From assembly GCA_008632985.1 (NCBI GenBank), contig QPGO01000035.1, forward strand, positions 297,899 to 361,898: 64,000 nt of DNA. Reading direction: 5' to 3'. Within the stretch, counting starts at the first letter, position 1. Every line of letters begins with the position of its first letter. Below are positions 13,439-26,449 of the stretch, one piece after another. The stretch is from Psammoneis japonica (Eukaryota). Made by a program: the position numbers and the translations under genes. The notes under the pieces are model-generated. The model was not told the DNA's origin. It did not search any database and was given only the letters and a program-made list of their open reading frames with translations.

Positions 13439-13796
13439 GTCACTGAGAATTGGATTGGCTTCAGTGTGAGATGCAAGAACGTACTCCGAGACTTTTCGGG
13501 TGGTAAGAAGACAATGTTGTGGTTTGTGGTTGACACCAACCTTCAACTGAGAAAGTGAGGCGCGAAACCGATCTTTTTGCGTGGTCCGCCATCGGACGGT
13601 TGCGACGAACGCTTTTTCGCGCGCTTTTCGCACGATCGCGATTCGTGTTGCGCGACCTGTCAGACCGTCGTCCGAAGCAGCCACTCTACATACAAAAAAA
13701 TACGCAGGATCAATGCAACGCAACTGCACCATAGAGTTTATGAATGGTATGGTACCGTATTTCACCCTGTTGCTGCTATCATCTTATATTTCGTTT

Positions 13797-15412
13797 TCAA
13801 TCTAACACAGCAATGACTTCCACTTCATACTTGATGGTCCTTGGCCGGACCCACGAACTCTTGTTGGACCACATCAACGTGCAAGCATTATCCACTTCAA
13901 ACGCGCTTTCCGTTTCGCCTGCTGCACCACCCGTGACCAATCTTGAGGAAACAAAACCAAGCTAGCATGAGAAACAATACTTGGTAACTATCTGTAATCA
14001 ACGACAGCAAAGTACACATTTTCACTCACCGATCCTTGATAAGAAAGGCTCCGACAGGCTGGTTTTCCGGATTGCTCTCACACTTGCCTCGAATCACATT
14101 GTACTCGACACTCTGGTCATTGGGAGTGACATCAAACTTCCACTTGAGCACGGCACGTTCACCCTTGGTCAGTTCCATGGTACTTTCCAAAACCTTGAAT
14201 CCAACATCGCCGGCTCCAATAACAAGAGAATTGACTTGACGAAACAACAATCGACCTTCCTTGATGAGACTGCCCTCTTGTGGGACACTCTGAAATATCT
14301 TCAATTGTCGTTCCAGTATATCCACTCGTTCTTGCGCCAGCCGCTTGGCTTCGGCCGACGCAGTCGCCCATTCTTGCAAAGCCGCGACTTGTGCCTCCAA
14401 ATGCAACACGTGCTCTCGATCCGTCTTGATGGTCTTGGCAGCCTCCTTTTCCTTTTGCGCACGCACTTGAGCACTGACACTGGCCTTGGTTACCAAATCA
14501 ATTTCCATTTGCATCTCTTGCAAACTCGATTCCTTGTCTTGCAGCGAACGCGTGGCGTGGTGGCTTCCATCTGGGCCATTTTCAATTCCAACGCAAGGTT
14601 GGACAGCGACTGTTGGAGGGCGTCTCGTTCCTTTTTGAATTCCTTGGCGTTTTGTTCGAGTTGAGACGAACGGTGCAACAGAGCGGAATTGAGGGATTCC
14701 AAGCGTTCAACGCGATTTTTCGATTCGTTCAACTCTTGCATCAACATGCCGTCCATGACGAGTGACGAAGAAGCAGCTGCGTCTGCAGACGGGACTCTGC
14801 AGAAATCATTGTTGCGGAAGCGTTGGGATTAGCAGAAGAGGAATCCTGTCCTCCCGATTGTTGATTGGGAGCTACGCTCAGTAAAGCCCGGTCAAAATTG
14901 GTTTCAAAGTCCGCCAACAGTCCATATGAGTCGGTCGCGTTGCCAGATGATCCACCTTTTTCGTAAGCACTTCGACGCGATGCAGGGCTTGTTCCAACTT
15001 TCGTTGCGTCCCTTCCAACTCATTCTTGGTTTCACGCTGCGCCTTGGCCGAGCGGCCCAGTAGTGACTTGAGTTTGGTAACCTTTTCTTGAAGCGCCACG
15101 TGCTGACGCAACACACTCTGCAAGCCGTTGACTTGCTCCATGGTGACCTTACCGGATTCCAACAGAGACGCAATTCATTGTTGGCTTCTTCCAACGAGGG
15201 AGGCGGTTTTGATTTTTGTGGATTGGAAGTCACATGAGTGGCCGACGGTAATTGTTGAGTATTTGGTGGAGTAAGTGCGGCTGGGGCTGGTGTTTTATCG
15301 GGTACAGTCGCTACAACGGGCTTTTCTTCAGAATCAGCAGTAGGAGCGGTCACTGCAGGCTTGGCTCCGTTGCAGCGTCTGGTGAATTCGATTCAGGGCT
15401 TTCCTTCTCCAT
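13797..15412 (-). CDS. Coiled-coil protein with a C-terminal GOLD-like domain; multiple frameshifts, intron at about 13942-14029
   Basis: Consecutive heptad-rich ORFs 14878-15162, 14490-14756 and 14026-14523. Motif LKWKFDV and a last exon CTLMWSNKSSWVRPRTIKYEV typical of GOLD domains. Confidence 0.6.
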
Positions 15413-15658
15413 TATGCCTGCTATGGGTAAAATAAGAGATAATTACAAGGATAGAGCAGCTCTATGGAGACTTCGACAGGGTCAACAACCCATCAACAGA
15501 CACGCGGTGTGAAGCGTTTTGTGTTTTGTGACTTTTCTCTGTGCTCTCGCGTCTGTCCGCCCTCGCCTCGCGTTGGGTTCGTCCAACGTCACCCGGAAAT
15601 CTCGCCAAAACCGGAGAGGTAACAAAAAATCTCATTTTTTCTGGATTTGCGGATCACA

Positions 15659-16387
15659 ATGGTGAAGCAGGGTCCTTTCAGCGCGCGGCTTGTCCATGCC
15701 GACACCAAGGCGAAGTTCCAGGAACACACGGCTACCAACGGCCAAGTCTATGTAGAAGTCGAACCTGACGCAGAGTACTTTATCCAAATTCGCTCCAAGT
15801 TCTCGCGGGTTGTGGTCGCTCTTCTGGAGGTAGACGGAAGTGATCTTGGATACAAGGCTGTTCTGAAGCCAAACCGTGGATACAAGAAGAAGGGCTTGTT
15901 TTCCCACGATGGAGTGAATGAAACCTTGCGAGCGCTCAAGTTTGTCAAGGCTCCTGTTCAAATGCAAGGCGATCCCGCAAACGCCCCTCCATACTGGACC
16001 GGAGAGATCAAGGTATCTTTCTACGAGTGTAGTACCATTACGGTCGATCCGCGCCGCAAGAAAGCAAGTAAAAATTCTTGGACGGGGAAGGACGTTGGAC
16101 ACATGAATGGAACCGATCCAAGCAAGAAAAAGGGACTCAAATCGACCAAGGGGGAGTTCAAAGTGGTGAAAAAGATGTCGTCGGCACCCAGGACACACAA
16201 GCATAAGAGGGGTCAGCTCCTCGGCACGATTGTGTTGAAGTATTGCTCGGCGATTGGCTTGATTCACGCCGGGATCTTACCCAAACCCCCTGAATGGGAG
16301 CTTCACCGCATGAAGTGGCCAGGAAACACGGCTCCGGTGGATCCAGAAACCGCCGCAGACATGACTGTGGATCTGACGGCCAGCTGA
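15659..16387 (+). CDS. Hypothetical protein (possibly DUF7918-like beta-sandwich family)
   Basis: Intact ~242-aa ORF with YVEVEPDAEYFI, LEVDGSDLG, GEIKVSFY and IVLKYCS, and ordinary codon composition. Confidence 0.65.
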   Translation: MVKQGPFSARLVHADTKAKFQEHTATNGQVYVEVEPDAEYFIQIRSKFSRVVVALLEVDGSDLGYKAVLKPNRGYKKKGLFSHDGVNETLRALKFVKAPVQMQGDPANAPPYWTGEIKVSFYECSTITVDPRRKKASKNSWTGKDVGHMNGTDPSKKKGLKSTKGEFKVVKKMSSAPRTHKHKRGQLLGTIVLKYCSAIGLIHAGILPKPPEWELHRMKWPGNTAPVDPETAADMTVDLTAS

Positions 16388-17197
16388 AGGGTCGAGTTCA
16401 TTGTGGACTTAGCTGTACTATAAGGTTTCAAACTCCAGATCTCTGTAGTGTATGCCATGTACAGATACGCGGATGAATTTTGTTTCTCCCCATATGAAAA
16501 GAAGCTGGGTTGTCTCGAACCGAACGATTCGCAACGCAAAATACTGTTGAGTGCTTAGGACGTTCGAACAAGCTAGAAAGAGTAGAAAACCGAAAGCGCA
16601 AGGATCAGTGATCAACATCAGTCAGGTCTTTCAGAAGAAAGGGAAGAGATACAATGCAAAGCTTTCGGCAAGCCTGCGGTCCTACATATTGTCGTAGGTG
16701 ACCATTGCGAGAAGCGACTCGATGAAGCTACTGTGTATGGATATGTGGATAGAGGCTTCATGTTAGTAGATTGACCAGATATTCGAATACACTACACCTT
16801 AATTGGGTTCCATGCAAATGAATGCATCCAGTGTCTTCTTCTCTTCCTCGTCGAAAAAATGAATATGTGCAACACGAATGCTCACAACGTCTTCTTACGC
16901 ACCTTGTCGCATGTCACAAAAAATATAAAGGTGTGCAACTAAGTATTTTTGCGAACACTTCAAAGGCAGTGCGGGGTATGTGTCCCACCCTTACGATAGG
17001 AATTGTTGTCCGTACACTACCCTTCAAAGCAATACAAGGGGGTGTTTTCACAGAGCTACGATTCACCCAGTAAGCACTGTCGTGCTCTTCGGTCGGTTTT
17101 ACCTCGGGTTATCCACCATAGACTAGTGCCATTCCCGATTCAGAATCGCGCAAGAATCAGACAAGTTGACCGGGATCACGTGAAGAATATGTGGGGC

Positions 17198-20000
17198 TTA
17201 AGCCATGTCGAATCCGAATTGAGCCAGCTCCATGGTTGTTACGAGTTTCTTGAAGAACACTTCCATGTCAAGATCATAGCAAGTGGAAGGAATTTTGATA
17301 AGGTTGTCACAAGTGTGTACAGAGGGACAATGATCGTGCCTGCACTCAGTATGATTGAACTCGAGCGTGATTCTGAAATCAGTGTGGACTTTTGGGTCAG
17401 GCAAATAAGCCTGCCCTGTACACAAGTGAACGAACTTGTTGAGGAAGGTGGGATCCTCTGACGCTTTCTTTGAGAATGCTTCATGCAGTTTCATTTGAAA
17501 TAAGCCGTGCTTTTCTTCATCCTTCGCCAACTCGCTTTGAACTTTTTGCCTCCTGTCATCGGTTAGATGCGATAGGTTTTCTACTACAAAGTCCATTACC
17601 CCAAACAAATCATCGACGGTGATTGTCGGTCGCGCAAGGAATACCTGCTTGATGACTTGTGGAGGGACTAAGCCAAACATTGACGGAAAATCAATCTCAC
17701 CTCCCAGCGACAAGCCGTTCCTCATACTTTTCAAAAACATGCTTCGACCTTCGACAAAGAAGTCGTGAATGGTTTCCCTGGCAATTCTTTTAGCAACATT
17801 GACATCGTCTGTCACGTTGATCCCAAGCATCTTGAACAGCTTCGTCTCGAGATCCTTGCCGTTGTTTCTGTCGTCAACGGATGCCTCGGCTTCAACGCCA
17901 AGCAATGGCGCGGCTCCGTCAATCAACATAGTGATACTACAGAACTTATTCTTTGGGAACAGGCCACACAGCAGAACTAGCAGCGGAGTGAGTGAGCGGG
18001 GAACGATGAGAACAGGGCACATCCGAAAAGGAACTTACTGTTCCAGTAGAAAGTTGGCAAGGCGTTGGACGGAATGGTGATGTGGTGAAGAAAACAGTAG
18101 GCAAAGATCCGCCCAATCGCGCGAAAGTACAGCTCAATCTGCTCAGACACTGCTTCTTTAGTCGGCTTTCGTCGCATTTCTGGTTTAAAAAGTCATCAGG
18201 TAAAGGAATATAACCATACTTAGTCATCTCGAAAAGCGGAATCCCGTCTACAGTCAAGGCGCCGAGTTGTTCAAAAAACCTCGAGAAGAACTCTCGACTT
18301 GGCCCTCCCTCGTCGACTGAGGTGGATTCTTCAATCATCGCTTTCGTACCGACAAAATCGTTCGCTGAAGAGTTGAATCGTCCGTTAGTAGATTGATCTC
18401 TGAATGTCTTTCAACTGCATACATGCTTAACTTACATTTGAAAGTAACGCACCACTCGGAAAGGACCAGTTTGCTGATTCCGGCAAAATGATCCGAGAAT
18501 AGGGTGTTGGCCACTTTATCATCCTCATCATTTGTCTTCCAAGTAGCGTACCACTCTGCCATTACATTCGATAACGAAAAGTTCGTTGGCACTTGGATTT
18601 GAATGCCGCGTTGTTGGACGCTGGGACCCATCTTGGTGACGTTGCTTGCAAGCCTCTTACAACATCCCAAGCAGTGGTCCCTGTATCTCTCCAAGGCTTC
18701 ATCATCTAAAGGGACTTGGGTTTTTGCTCCAACTTTTCTCTTAAGATCATCAATGGCACTTTCTAGGATCTGGCTCCTACTTTTCAACTCTTTAATATGT
18801 TTCGTCTTCATGGCGTTGAGCGGCTCTTGCCTCCATTTTAGCCAATCCTTCTCTTTCACTTTAGCCCGCAGAAAGTCCACTTTATTTTCCAAGCTATGTC
18901 GCTCGTAACGCTCAATGCGTGCTCTCTTTCTCAACTGATCTGCCTCATCATGCATCGACTGGACGAGCTGTCGACGATACTCCAATTCAAGCTTCTTGTT
19001 CAATATATGAGTAGACAGCTCCGCCATTACATATTCCATAAGAAAGGGAATATACAGAAGTTCCTTCAATTCGCTGGGTGAAAAATTCTGTTCTAATTCA
19101 GCACTCTCTTTTGTTTTACTCCGAAACCAACAACCCTCCAAAAGGCCAATCCGTTGCAAGTCGTCGAAGTCTGCTTGCCGTTTATTGTAAATCGTAGCTA
19201 GTTCATATGGCCAGAGACGCAAATAAAGCTTTGGCCTTTTCTGAAAGTCCGAATCATTCGGCAACTCAACCAAAAGTTTGTGAGCTGCGGCCTTCATTGG
19301 AATGTACATGGTAGATTTGCACTCTTTAAATTTGCAGTCATCAATAAGAGCTCGACGACATATTACTTGGTGGCCTTTTTCTCGAAAACAATTGCTTTGT
19401 ACTTGAACATGGGATCGCTTTCTCCATTCTCGTGGCGCATTATCTGGCAAATGTAATCTTGTGGAAAACTTACGAGAACTTCTTGAGCGAAGAAGAGACT
19501 CAATGAGAATTTGGCTTCACCTATTAGACGCCTCTCATCGATGGCTTTCTTTGCATTGGCCAACCAAACGTGTATGTTTTTGACGAATCGTTGGCAATAT
19601 TCAACCTCGTAATCTCGGTCACATAGTCCCCATCCATTCAATTTATTTTTCACTCGTCGGCAATTCCAATACTGAGAAGTACCACTCCCAAAATTAAGAC
19701 TCCTATTTTCAGCTTCATCGCAGCCCTCGAACCAGTACCAACCACTTGCCCGAAAAAGACTTTCACTGACAAAGCTTCCTTCATCGTCCGAAGAATCCAT
19801 CGACTCAATCGCATCCTCATGGCTTTTCTTGGCGGCAGCGCGGTGACGGGTGACGGGCTCTTCGCATCCTTCTCGTCATCGGAGTTCGTGTCACTCATTT
19901 CACTGCCAATGCTTTCCTCATCTTCCGAAGAATCCATCGTCTCAATCACATACTCTTGGCATTTCTTGGCAGCTTGAAGCCGCCAAGAAGAGCGGGACAT
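17198..20000 (-). CDS. Large protein with a C-terminal HECT-like E3 ligase domain; introns and frameshifts
   Basis: VDEGGPSREFF, YFRAIGRIFAYC, FVHLCTG and CPSVHTCDN (catalytic Cys). GTAAG donors near 18435 and 18040. Coiled-coil middle region and acidic N-terminus. Confidence 0.7.
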
Positions 20001-20495
20001 GGCACCCTTTCGTAGTCGGAGTTCGCGTCACTCGTGTTGTGTGTTGTTCTTTTGCCCAAAACCTCACAATTTCTTCTTTCTCGCTCAAGACTGAGCCCAC
20101 ACAAGCCACTATACTCTAGAGAAACTGGAGCCAGCAGATGGGTAGATCAAAAGGGCGAGGGGGCAACAAGGAAAAGAAAACAGAACCAACAGCAGTGAGT
20201 GCATGTTCAATGTGCGGGTGCTGTCAGGTGCAGTAGTTTTGGAGTTCGGAGTTGTCAGTAGTTGTTGTAAGGGCGGAGGGCGGGGGCGCGGGGACAAGTC
20301 AGGCTGTCACTCCCCAGCGTTCGGAAGCTTGTATCCCTACGGTATGTACAAAGCGGGGTCTACTAAAATACCCCCCCCTGCTCGAGTGGGGGGTTGTTTC
20401 CGAGCACAGCAAGCTATCTTCAATTTTTCTTTCATCAACGCAGGACGACAGCACCTGTAACTTCGACAAGAACAATAAGCAACGAATCATCAATC

Positions 20496-21012
20496 ATGGC
20501 TTCGGTCGACGGAGGTATACTGCCGAGTTCCTTACAGTTAGCGTTGCAAAAAGTGGTGGATCGCGTTAATGATGCTCATGGAGGAATACAAGTCATAATG
20601 TTGAGTACGTCGGAGGGCGTAGCGCTCGGACGCATTTATGCGACAGACAATTTATCGGAACAAGTCTTGGCGAGTATCGAGTCGACATGGGCACCAGCGT
20701 CGAAGCAATTTCCCCTGCTGAAGAGCGGAAAAGAAATCAAGACAGTGACAGCCATGTATGATACTGGAAATCTTATTCATGTGTATCAAACGCCACTGGT
20801 ATGTTTTTAAGAATCCTTGCGGAATATCTACATCGATCAATTCGAAAACCTCTTTTTCTAACATTCTTGTCGTTTGTTAGGTTGTCACTATTCTCACAAC
20901 TCCGCATTGCAACTTGGGCGCCATTCGATCGACCTGTCTACCGCTGGTGAAGGAGCTGCTGGAACCCCTTTGCCAAACGCTGTTGAATAGCTTAACCCCG
21001 AATCCAATGTGA
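20496..21012 (+). CDS. LAMTOR3: Ragulator complex subunit LAMTOR3/MP1-like; exons 20496-20798 and 20881-21012
   Basis: Roadblock-type sequence GIQVIMLSTSEGVALGR...KTVTAMYDTGNLIHVYQTPL|VVTILTTPHCNLGAI with a GT-AG intron. Confidence 0.75.
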
Positions 21013-21639
21013 GCGAGTTGGTGCTCTGACTGCAAAGCTACACTACTCTAGGTGGAGACAGTTTATCCTGGTTTTGTCTTAGTTTGTGGCCTTTGTCTTT
21101 TCTCACCTTGATGCGAATCTGATCGGCTGAAGATAGCCTGCTATTCATGGCACATTAAGCTGGTAGTTCCGTCAGTCATTCTCCTCTCTCACGAAAGGTC
21201 ACACTGGTACAGTAATGTTGGAGTGAGTCGCCATATCACCCATCCCTTGTCAATGGCACCAAGACTAGCTTGCTTTTCGCACGGCATGCCTTCGCCTCCA
21301 CCGCAATGCGTCCATCTCGGCGTGGCGAGATTGTTGCTCTGACCGTTCGTTGTAGAACACAATCGACCCGGCAAATATCAAATATCGGTATGACTGAAAA
21401 CGCTTATATGTGGCATGTCGGATTAATCTTCTCCCTTGCTTTCACCATTCCGACTCCCTACTCTATTAGGGCCCTCTAGGTACTATAGGTATTACCACGA
21501 GACCGCATGACATTGCGTTGGCATTTTTTACATTGATCCAACGTTTCGACGAATCTGGAGCCAGCTAACTTCTTTGAAACAAATTGCTGAAACGCGTTCT
21601 AGCTAGAGATACATGACAAACAACTGACGTAAGATCCCT

Positions 21640-23007
21640 CTACTCGTTGGGTTCCAACGATTTGAAAAAGTCCTTCCATTTCTTGTCCTTCAGCACCTTT
21701 TTTGCATCGACAGAACAGAACTTGGTGGTGTTTTTCAGTGCCTCTGCAATATCTGCTTTTATTCGTCTTTTGGATGAAGCGTGTGGCAACAGTTTAGATT
21801 CTAGTTTCCATGACCACCGTCGGAGGGTTCTAATCTGACTTTGGGAGAGGCACACCTGAGGAAAGTGTGATTGGACTAGTAAGACCCAACTTGGAAGCAT
21901 GCGTCTCCACCGCTTGTCGAGCGTCAGGTCTCGTCATGTTTGGATGCATCCACCCTTGTTGTTGTGCTTCAACAGCAATCATGTCGTGGTGCAACACTTT
22001 TGACGAGGAAGGATTTCTGGTCACAGTCGCGTGCATTTCTTGAAACGCCCGACACAAGTGTTGCGCTTCTGGTAACATCTTACAGAAAAAGCTTGTTCTG
22101 TAGTCTTCACTCTCATGCATGTTAAAGACCCAAACATCCGGAAAGTATTGCGCCCACTTGTCTCGAAGCGCGAGCAATCGGTGATAGTGTAGTTTCATAA
22201 TTTCATCAAAGTATTCGGGAAAGGTTGGAATGCGTTTCCCTCCTTCGGGACTTGGCCACATTCGGTGCTTTTTCTTGTCCTTTGGCTCATTTAACTGCGC
22301 GTAGTAGCTTGGCGCCCAATCATAAAAATGACGATACGTCAAGACGACTCGAACATGCCACTTGTCTAGAATGGGCACGAGATATTTCCACAAGTGGTTT
22401 CGCTCGTCCTCTTCATTCTTAAAGTGTGAAAAGAGTTCTTCGGATAGAAATGCAATCGTTTGTTTTTGCTGCTTTGCTGATAGAGCTTTTGACTGCTTTG
22501 TCCAGGTCATTCCATTTTTCGCGCATTCGTCTTCCCTACCCTGCGTACAGGCCCAAACTAGCTGATGTCGCTTGTCTCCTGTCGCTTGCCATAGTGGCCT
22601 AGATAGTGTATGCCATCTTGTAGCAGCAGCTCTTCATTTCGTGCTGCACCCCATTGAGCCGTAGTTGTTCCAGTCTTGGGAGGACCAACGTGCAAAATAA
22701 ACAACGGCTTGTCCTTGTCTTCCTTTCGCGGTGTCTTCTTTTTGTTTGGTTCGCCTTGATTCGCCTGTCTTTTCTCTTTTGCACTATCAACAATCTTTGC
22801 ATTTGCTTTACTCTTTGTTTTCTTGAATGAATCATCGTCTTCTTTGACTCTTTTGTAGACTTTGTCGATTGGTTTGAGCACGACGCCATCCTTTCCGATT
22901 GATGTTTGTCGATGGATCAGTCGCTCCTCGCGTCGTCCGCAAAGAGCAAGCCATATTACAAGTGGCAGCCCTAGAACGGAGACGATTTTCCCAACCCATT
23001 TAGACAT
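21640..23007 (-). CDS. Type II membrane sulfotransferase-like (P-loop) protein, frameshifted
   Basis: N-terminal TM helix, LHVGPPKTGTT, AFLSEELF and VVLTYRHFYDWAPSYY, split across three ORFs. Confidence 0.65.
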
Positions 23008-23409
23008 TGTTGAGCTTCAAGGATCGTTGTTCGAAGGCTTTGCAACTTGAATGGCGCCAACGCAATCCACCCCCCTATTAGGTTACCAACAATAGTGCGA
23101 CAGAATAATACGTGATTTGAGGTTTTGGAGAGATGGTGTTGAGGTTGGAGTCATCTTTTGAAGACGAGTCATTTTGTGAGGACATTTCAGTCATTTTTGT
23201 ATCCCTTATACAAGAAATGAATATTATCCAGCCAGACCAACTGAGACACACGACTTCTTTTGATGATGCGAAGCCTGTCATGCGAAAGAGCGATCAGAAC
23301 CCAGAGAACGTGACACCTGTTTTTCTGCAATGTTGGCCATAAATGCGAATTCTCGCCAACGTAGAGATGCGTACAATTCATACCACAAAAAAAACATAAG
23401 GAATCAAAA

Positions 23410-25120
23410 ATGAGCGACGACAGCAACACCCATTCTGAGAGCGACGATAAGTCTCCAGGAGACTCTCCTTTGTCTAACAAGAGGGTAAATAACGCAGAGG
23501 AAACGGAGGAAGCGTCTTCGGGCGATTCACGAGCTTATGGACGCATTGAAGGAGACTTTTTCGACACTGAAGAGACTTCAAGCGATGAGAACACCATTTC
23601 AAAGACGAGGATGATTCTCAGGCCCCCCAAGAGGCCTTCCAAACCTCAGCGCGACAGTGAACCTCCCAAAAAGAGGGTGGCGCGTGTGAAGGGTTCGAAT
23701 TCGAGGCCCCCTCTTAAAGAGCGAAATGTCAATCACCTTCAAACGAAGCTCGCTTCTGTCCAAGAGCAGCTGGCCACTGCGATCAAAGAACGCAAAGAAT
23801 CTGCCAAGACGTTGGCTGACGCCGAGCGGAAGCTTTCCAAGATGACCGAGCAGCTGTCCGAGAAGAACTTGAAGCTCCTTGGATGCAGGAAGGACGTGTC
23901 GGCATTGACGAAGGCGCTTGGAGCTGAGAAGTCACGCGTTTCGCAGCGCGACAAGAGCATCGCTGACAAAGAGCGAAAGATCGCCGCAGCTCAAGTGAAA
24001 CTTGACGCTGCCGCTGACTCCAAGAAAGAACTTGCATCCAAGCTTCGGACAGTCAATGGAGAGCTCAAAAGAGAAAGTAGAAAGGCTGCCAAGCTGGAAG
24101 AAGCAGCTGGCCAAGTCAGCTTCAAAGACGCCGAGATCAGTCGTCTCCGAGCTGAGGTCAGAGCGCTGGGTGCACTGCAATCAGAAAACAGGCGCCTGAA
24201 GCAGTCCATCAAGGACGAGGCTGTAGCAAAGAGGCAACACGAAGAAAAAATGGCGGAGTTGAAGCTTCAAGAGATCAAGGCAATCTCCAACAAGCGCGCT
24301 GAAGAGCACCAGTTCAAGCGCGATGCTGCAGCCGCCACTGCACACGCCAAGTCTGCTCATTTAGCAAGCAAGCATCACTTCACCACAGAAGCAAAAGAGA
24401 AAGAGCCAAACAGAAAAGAAACAGAGCGACAGAGGCGTTTGGAGACTGCACAAAGTGGAATTTCAGTGGCTTCTCAAATGCAAGGCCTTGGCTTTGGAAA
24501 CCAAGGCATTCTCCAAGCGGTGAGTGGCATGTGTTTGTTTTGTGCACGTGTTGTTTTGGTTGCATGTGATGCATGACTCACTGCTCCTTTTCCTTTTGAA
24601 TGCTTTCACTTTGTACAAGGCATTGGCGGATCGCCAGCGAGCAGCAAACAGTGTGAGCACCTCGTGTCGACTTGCAGTGCAAAGTCTGACTGATGACATT
24701 GTGCACACAAACTGACTGACATCATTGTGCACATTGTGTCTTTTCATGTTACACCAGGCATTGACGGATCGCCAGCAAGAAGCTGGAAGCATTCCACCTC
24801 TTGCTGTCGCAACAGACGGACTCCCCAGTGGTTGGGAGGAAGCCGATGACCCTTCCACGGGGAAGAAGCATCATTGCAATCGGTTGCTCGGAAAAACCAG
24901 GTGGACGAGGCCTGTTGTTGCGCCTCCAGCTCCTTCCAATCCTCCTCCACTGCCACCTCCGCCTGCGCCTCTTCCGCCGCCTCCTGAAGAAAAAGATTCG
25001 GGCAAGGAGAGCCATGCCGGCAGTCAGCATGAATCGACCTCGCAGGCGCAGCTTCAAGAAAGGTTTCCACATTGGCAAAACAAGTGCAATGCGATTGTCT
25101 TTCTCTTGCGGCAGAATTAG
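23410..25120 (+). pseudogene. Transposon cargo gene: long coiled coil, WW domain and proline-rich tail; spliced, TpA-mutated
   Basis: 388-aa coiled-coil ORF with a GTGAGT donor near 24520. A later exon reads LPSGWEEADDPSTGKKHHCNRLLGKTRWTRP (WW domain), followed by PPPLPPPP. Confidence 0.7.
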
Positions 25121-25318
25121 ACATGACAGCACAGTTAGATGACATTTAGGACACCTTGTTTACATTGCGTATAATCTGCCATTAAATTGCGACTCCCAAT
25201 CCATTCTGTAGCTTGCTGCTGCCGCAGTGAGTGGTGCGACGGTGCGACGGTCCGTTTGCAAAAAATTGAACAATGCTGCTGTACACTCTAGCTAGAGATG
25301 ATCCTAAAACCAATGTCA

Positions 25319-26449
25319 CTAACACAAGCAGCTGCTCCAGCAGCCGCAGAAGATCATGCTCTTAAGCATGAGATCTGTTGTCATTTCATTCAGGATCTGT
25401 TGCACATGAAAGATCACCACGTCCGTGTGGGGGCGCGGTTCGAATAAGCTGACAGTTTTTAGGCGCTGCGTCAGAGTCTGAAAGATGAGCTCTATTGGAT
25501 TCAACTTGGGTGAATAAGTGGGAAGGTGCCAAACGAGCACATTCACAGGCAAGCCGTCGGGCCCGGGAGTCGTCCACATTGGATCTTGAAGTGTGTCGGA
25601 TTCCGCACCTTTGTGGATGACAGCATTGTCCAACATTAAAATATCTCCACGATTGAACCACCCTTGAACAAGAAGCATTTCCACAAATGCCATGAAAGCC
25701 GCGCTCGTGCCATTCTCCACTCCAACACTGTGCTTGATGGGCGCTTTTGTCTCATCCACTCCCATGCATGCTGTGAGATTGTACCGCTGCCGACAGTCAC
25801 CATCAACAGCCACATTGTCAGCTGTTCCTGTCAAAGGATTGACTCTCCCTTTTCTGGAAAAAATGTTGGTTCCTTCCACATGCTTTTCATCTGCAAATTT
25901 GAGTCGACGAGGGTCAAACTGTGAGATGAAACGTGTGAACTCAAAGCAATGCACGATGTTCTCGGGTTTAAACTTGTCAAGTGGCACAAGATTGCTCTTT
26001 TTGAATGATGCCTTGAAATCAAACCGAGAAGCAAACCATTCTGAAATAAAAGATGGGGAAACCAATTTGCCATGCGTCACGAGCAGCTCTTCCACATGGC
26101 TCTCATTCGACCTTGAGGGTTGTTGGAAACGAAGCCACAAAAGGTGGCATTCCTCCTCTGGAGTCAAAGCAATGGAACCAACACCTCTTACTCGCTCTTG
26201 ACTGCGAGCAATTATATCAGGATCAACCACACAGCCATCCAAATCAACTTCATCCATTGCTTTCTTCGCAAAGTTCCGAGAAACACGGCCCAATCTTGCG
26301 ACCTCAGCAACCTTTGGCTCCTCGCCTGTGACTGATGTCAATTTCAGTTCTTCACACACCCTTGCAATCTCAAGCTTCTTCAACACGTCATATGACTTGC
26401 CACGCCAGTAAAATCTGCCATTGGCATTCACGTCAAGCCCCGACGCCAT
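25319..26449 (-). CDS. DDE transposase (IS630/Tc1 superfamily, DDE_3-like), probably inactivated by Tyr->Cys/His changes
   Basis: HTH-like N-terminus and catalytic motifs KFADE, MLDNAVIH and LPTYSPKLNPIE. Confidence 0.88.
   Translation of the reverse strand: MASGLDVNANGRFYWRGKSYDVLKKLEIARVCEELKLTSVTGEEPKVAEVARLGRVSRNFAKKAMDEVDLDGCVVDPDIIARSQERVRGVGSIALTPEEECHLLWLRFQQPSRSNESHVEELLVTHGKLVSPSFISEWFASRFDFKASFKKSNLVPLDKFKPENIVHCFEFTRFISQFDPRRLKFADEKHVEGTNIFSRKGRVNPLTGTADNVAVDGDCRQRYNLTACMGVDETKAPIKHSVGVENGTSAAFMAFVEMLLVQGWFNRGDILMLDNAVIHKGAESDTLQDPMWTTPGPDGLPVNVLVWHLPTYSPKLNPIELIFQTLTQRLKTVSLFEPRPHTDVVIFHVQQILNEMTTDLMLKSMIFCGCWSSCLC

Noticed and set aside
25319..26449. Alternative genetic code or RNA editing restoring Tyr in element proteins
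   Set aside because: Non-coding LTR DNA shows the same changes, they occur on both strands, and host genes use TAY normally.
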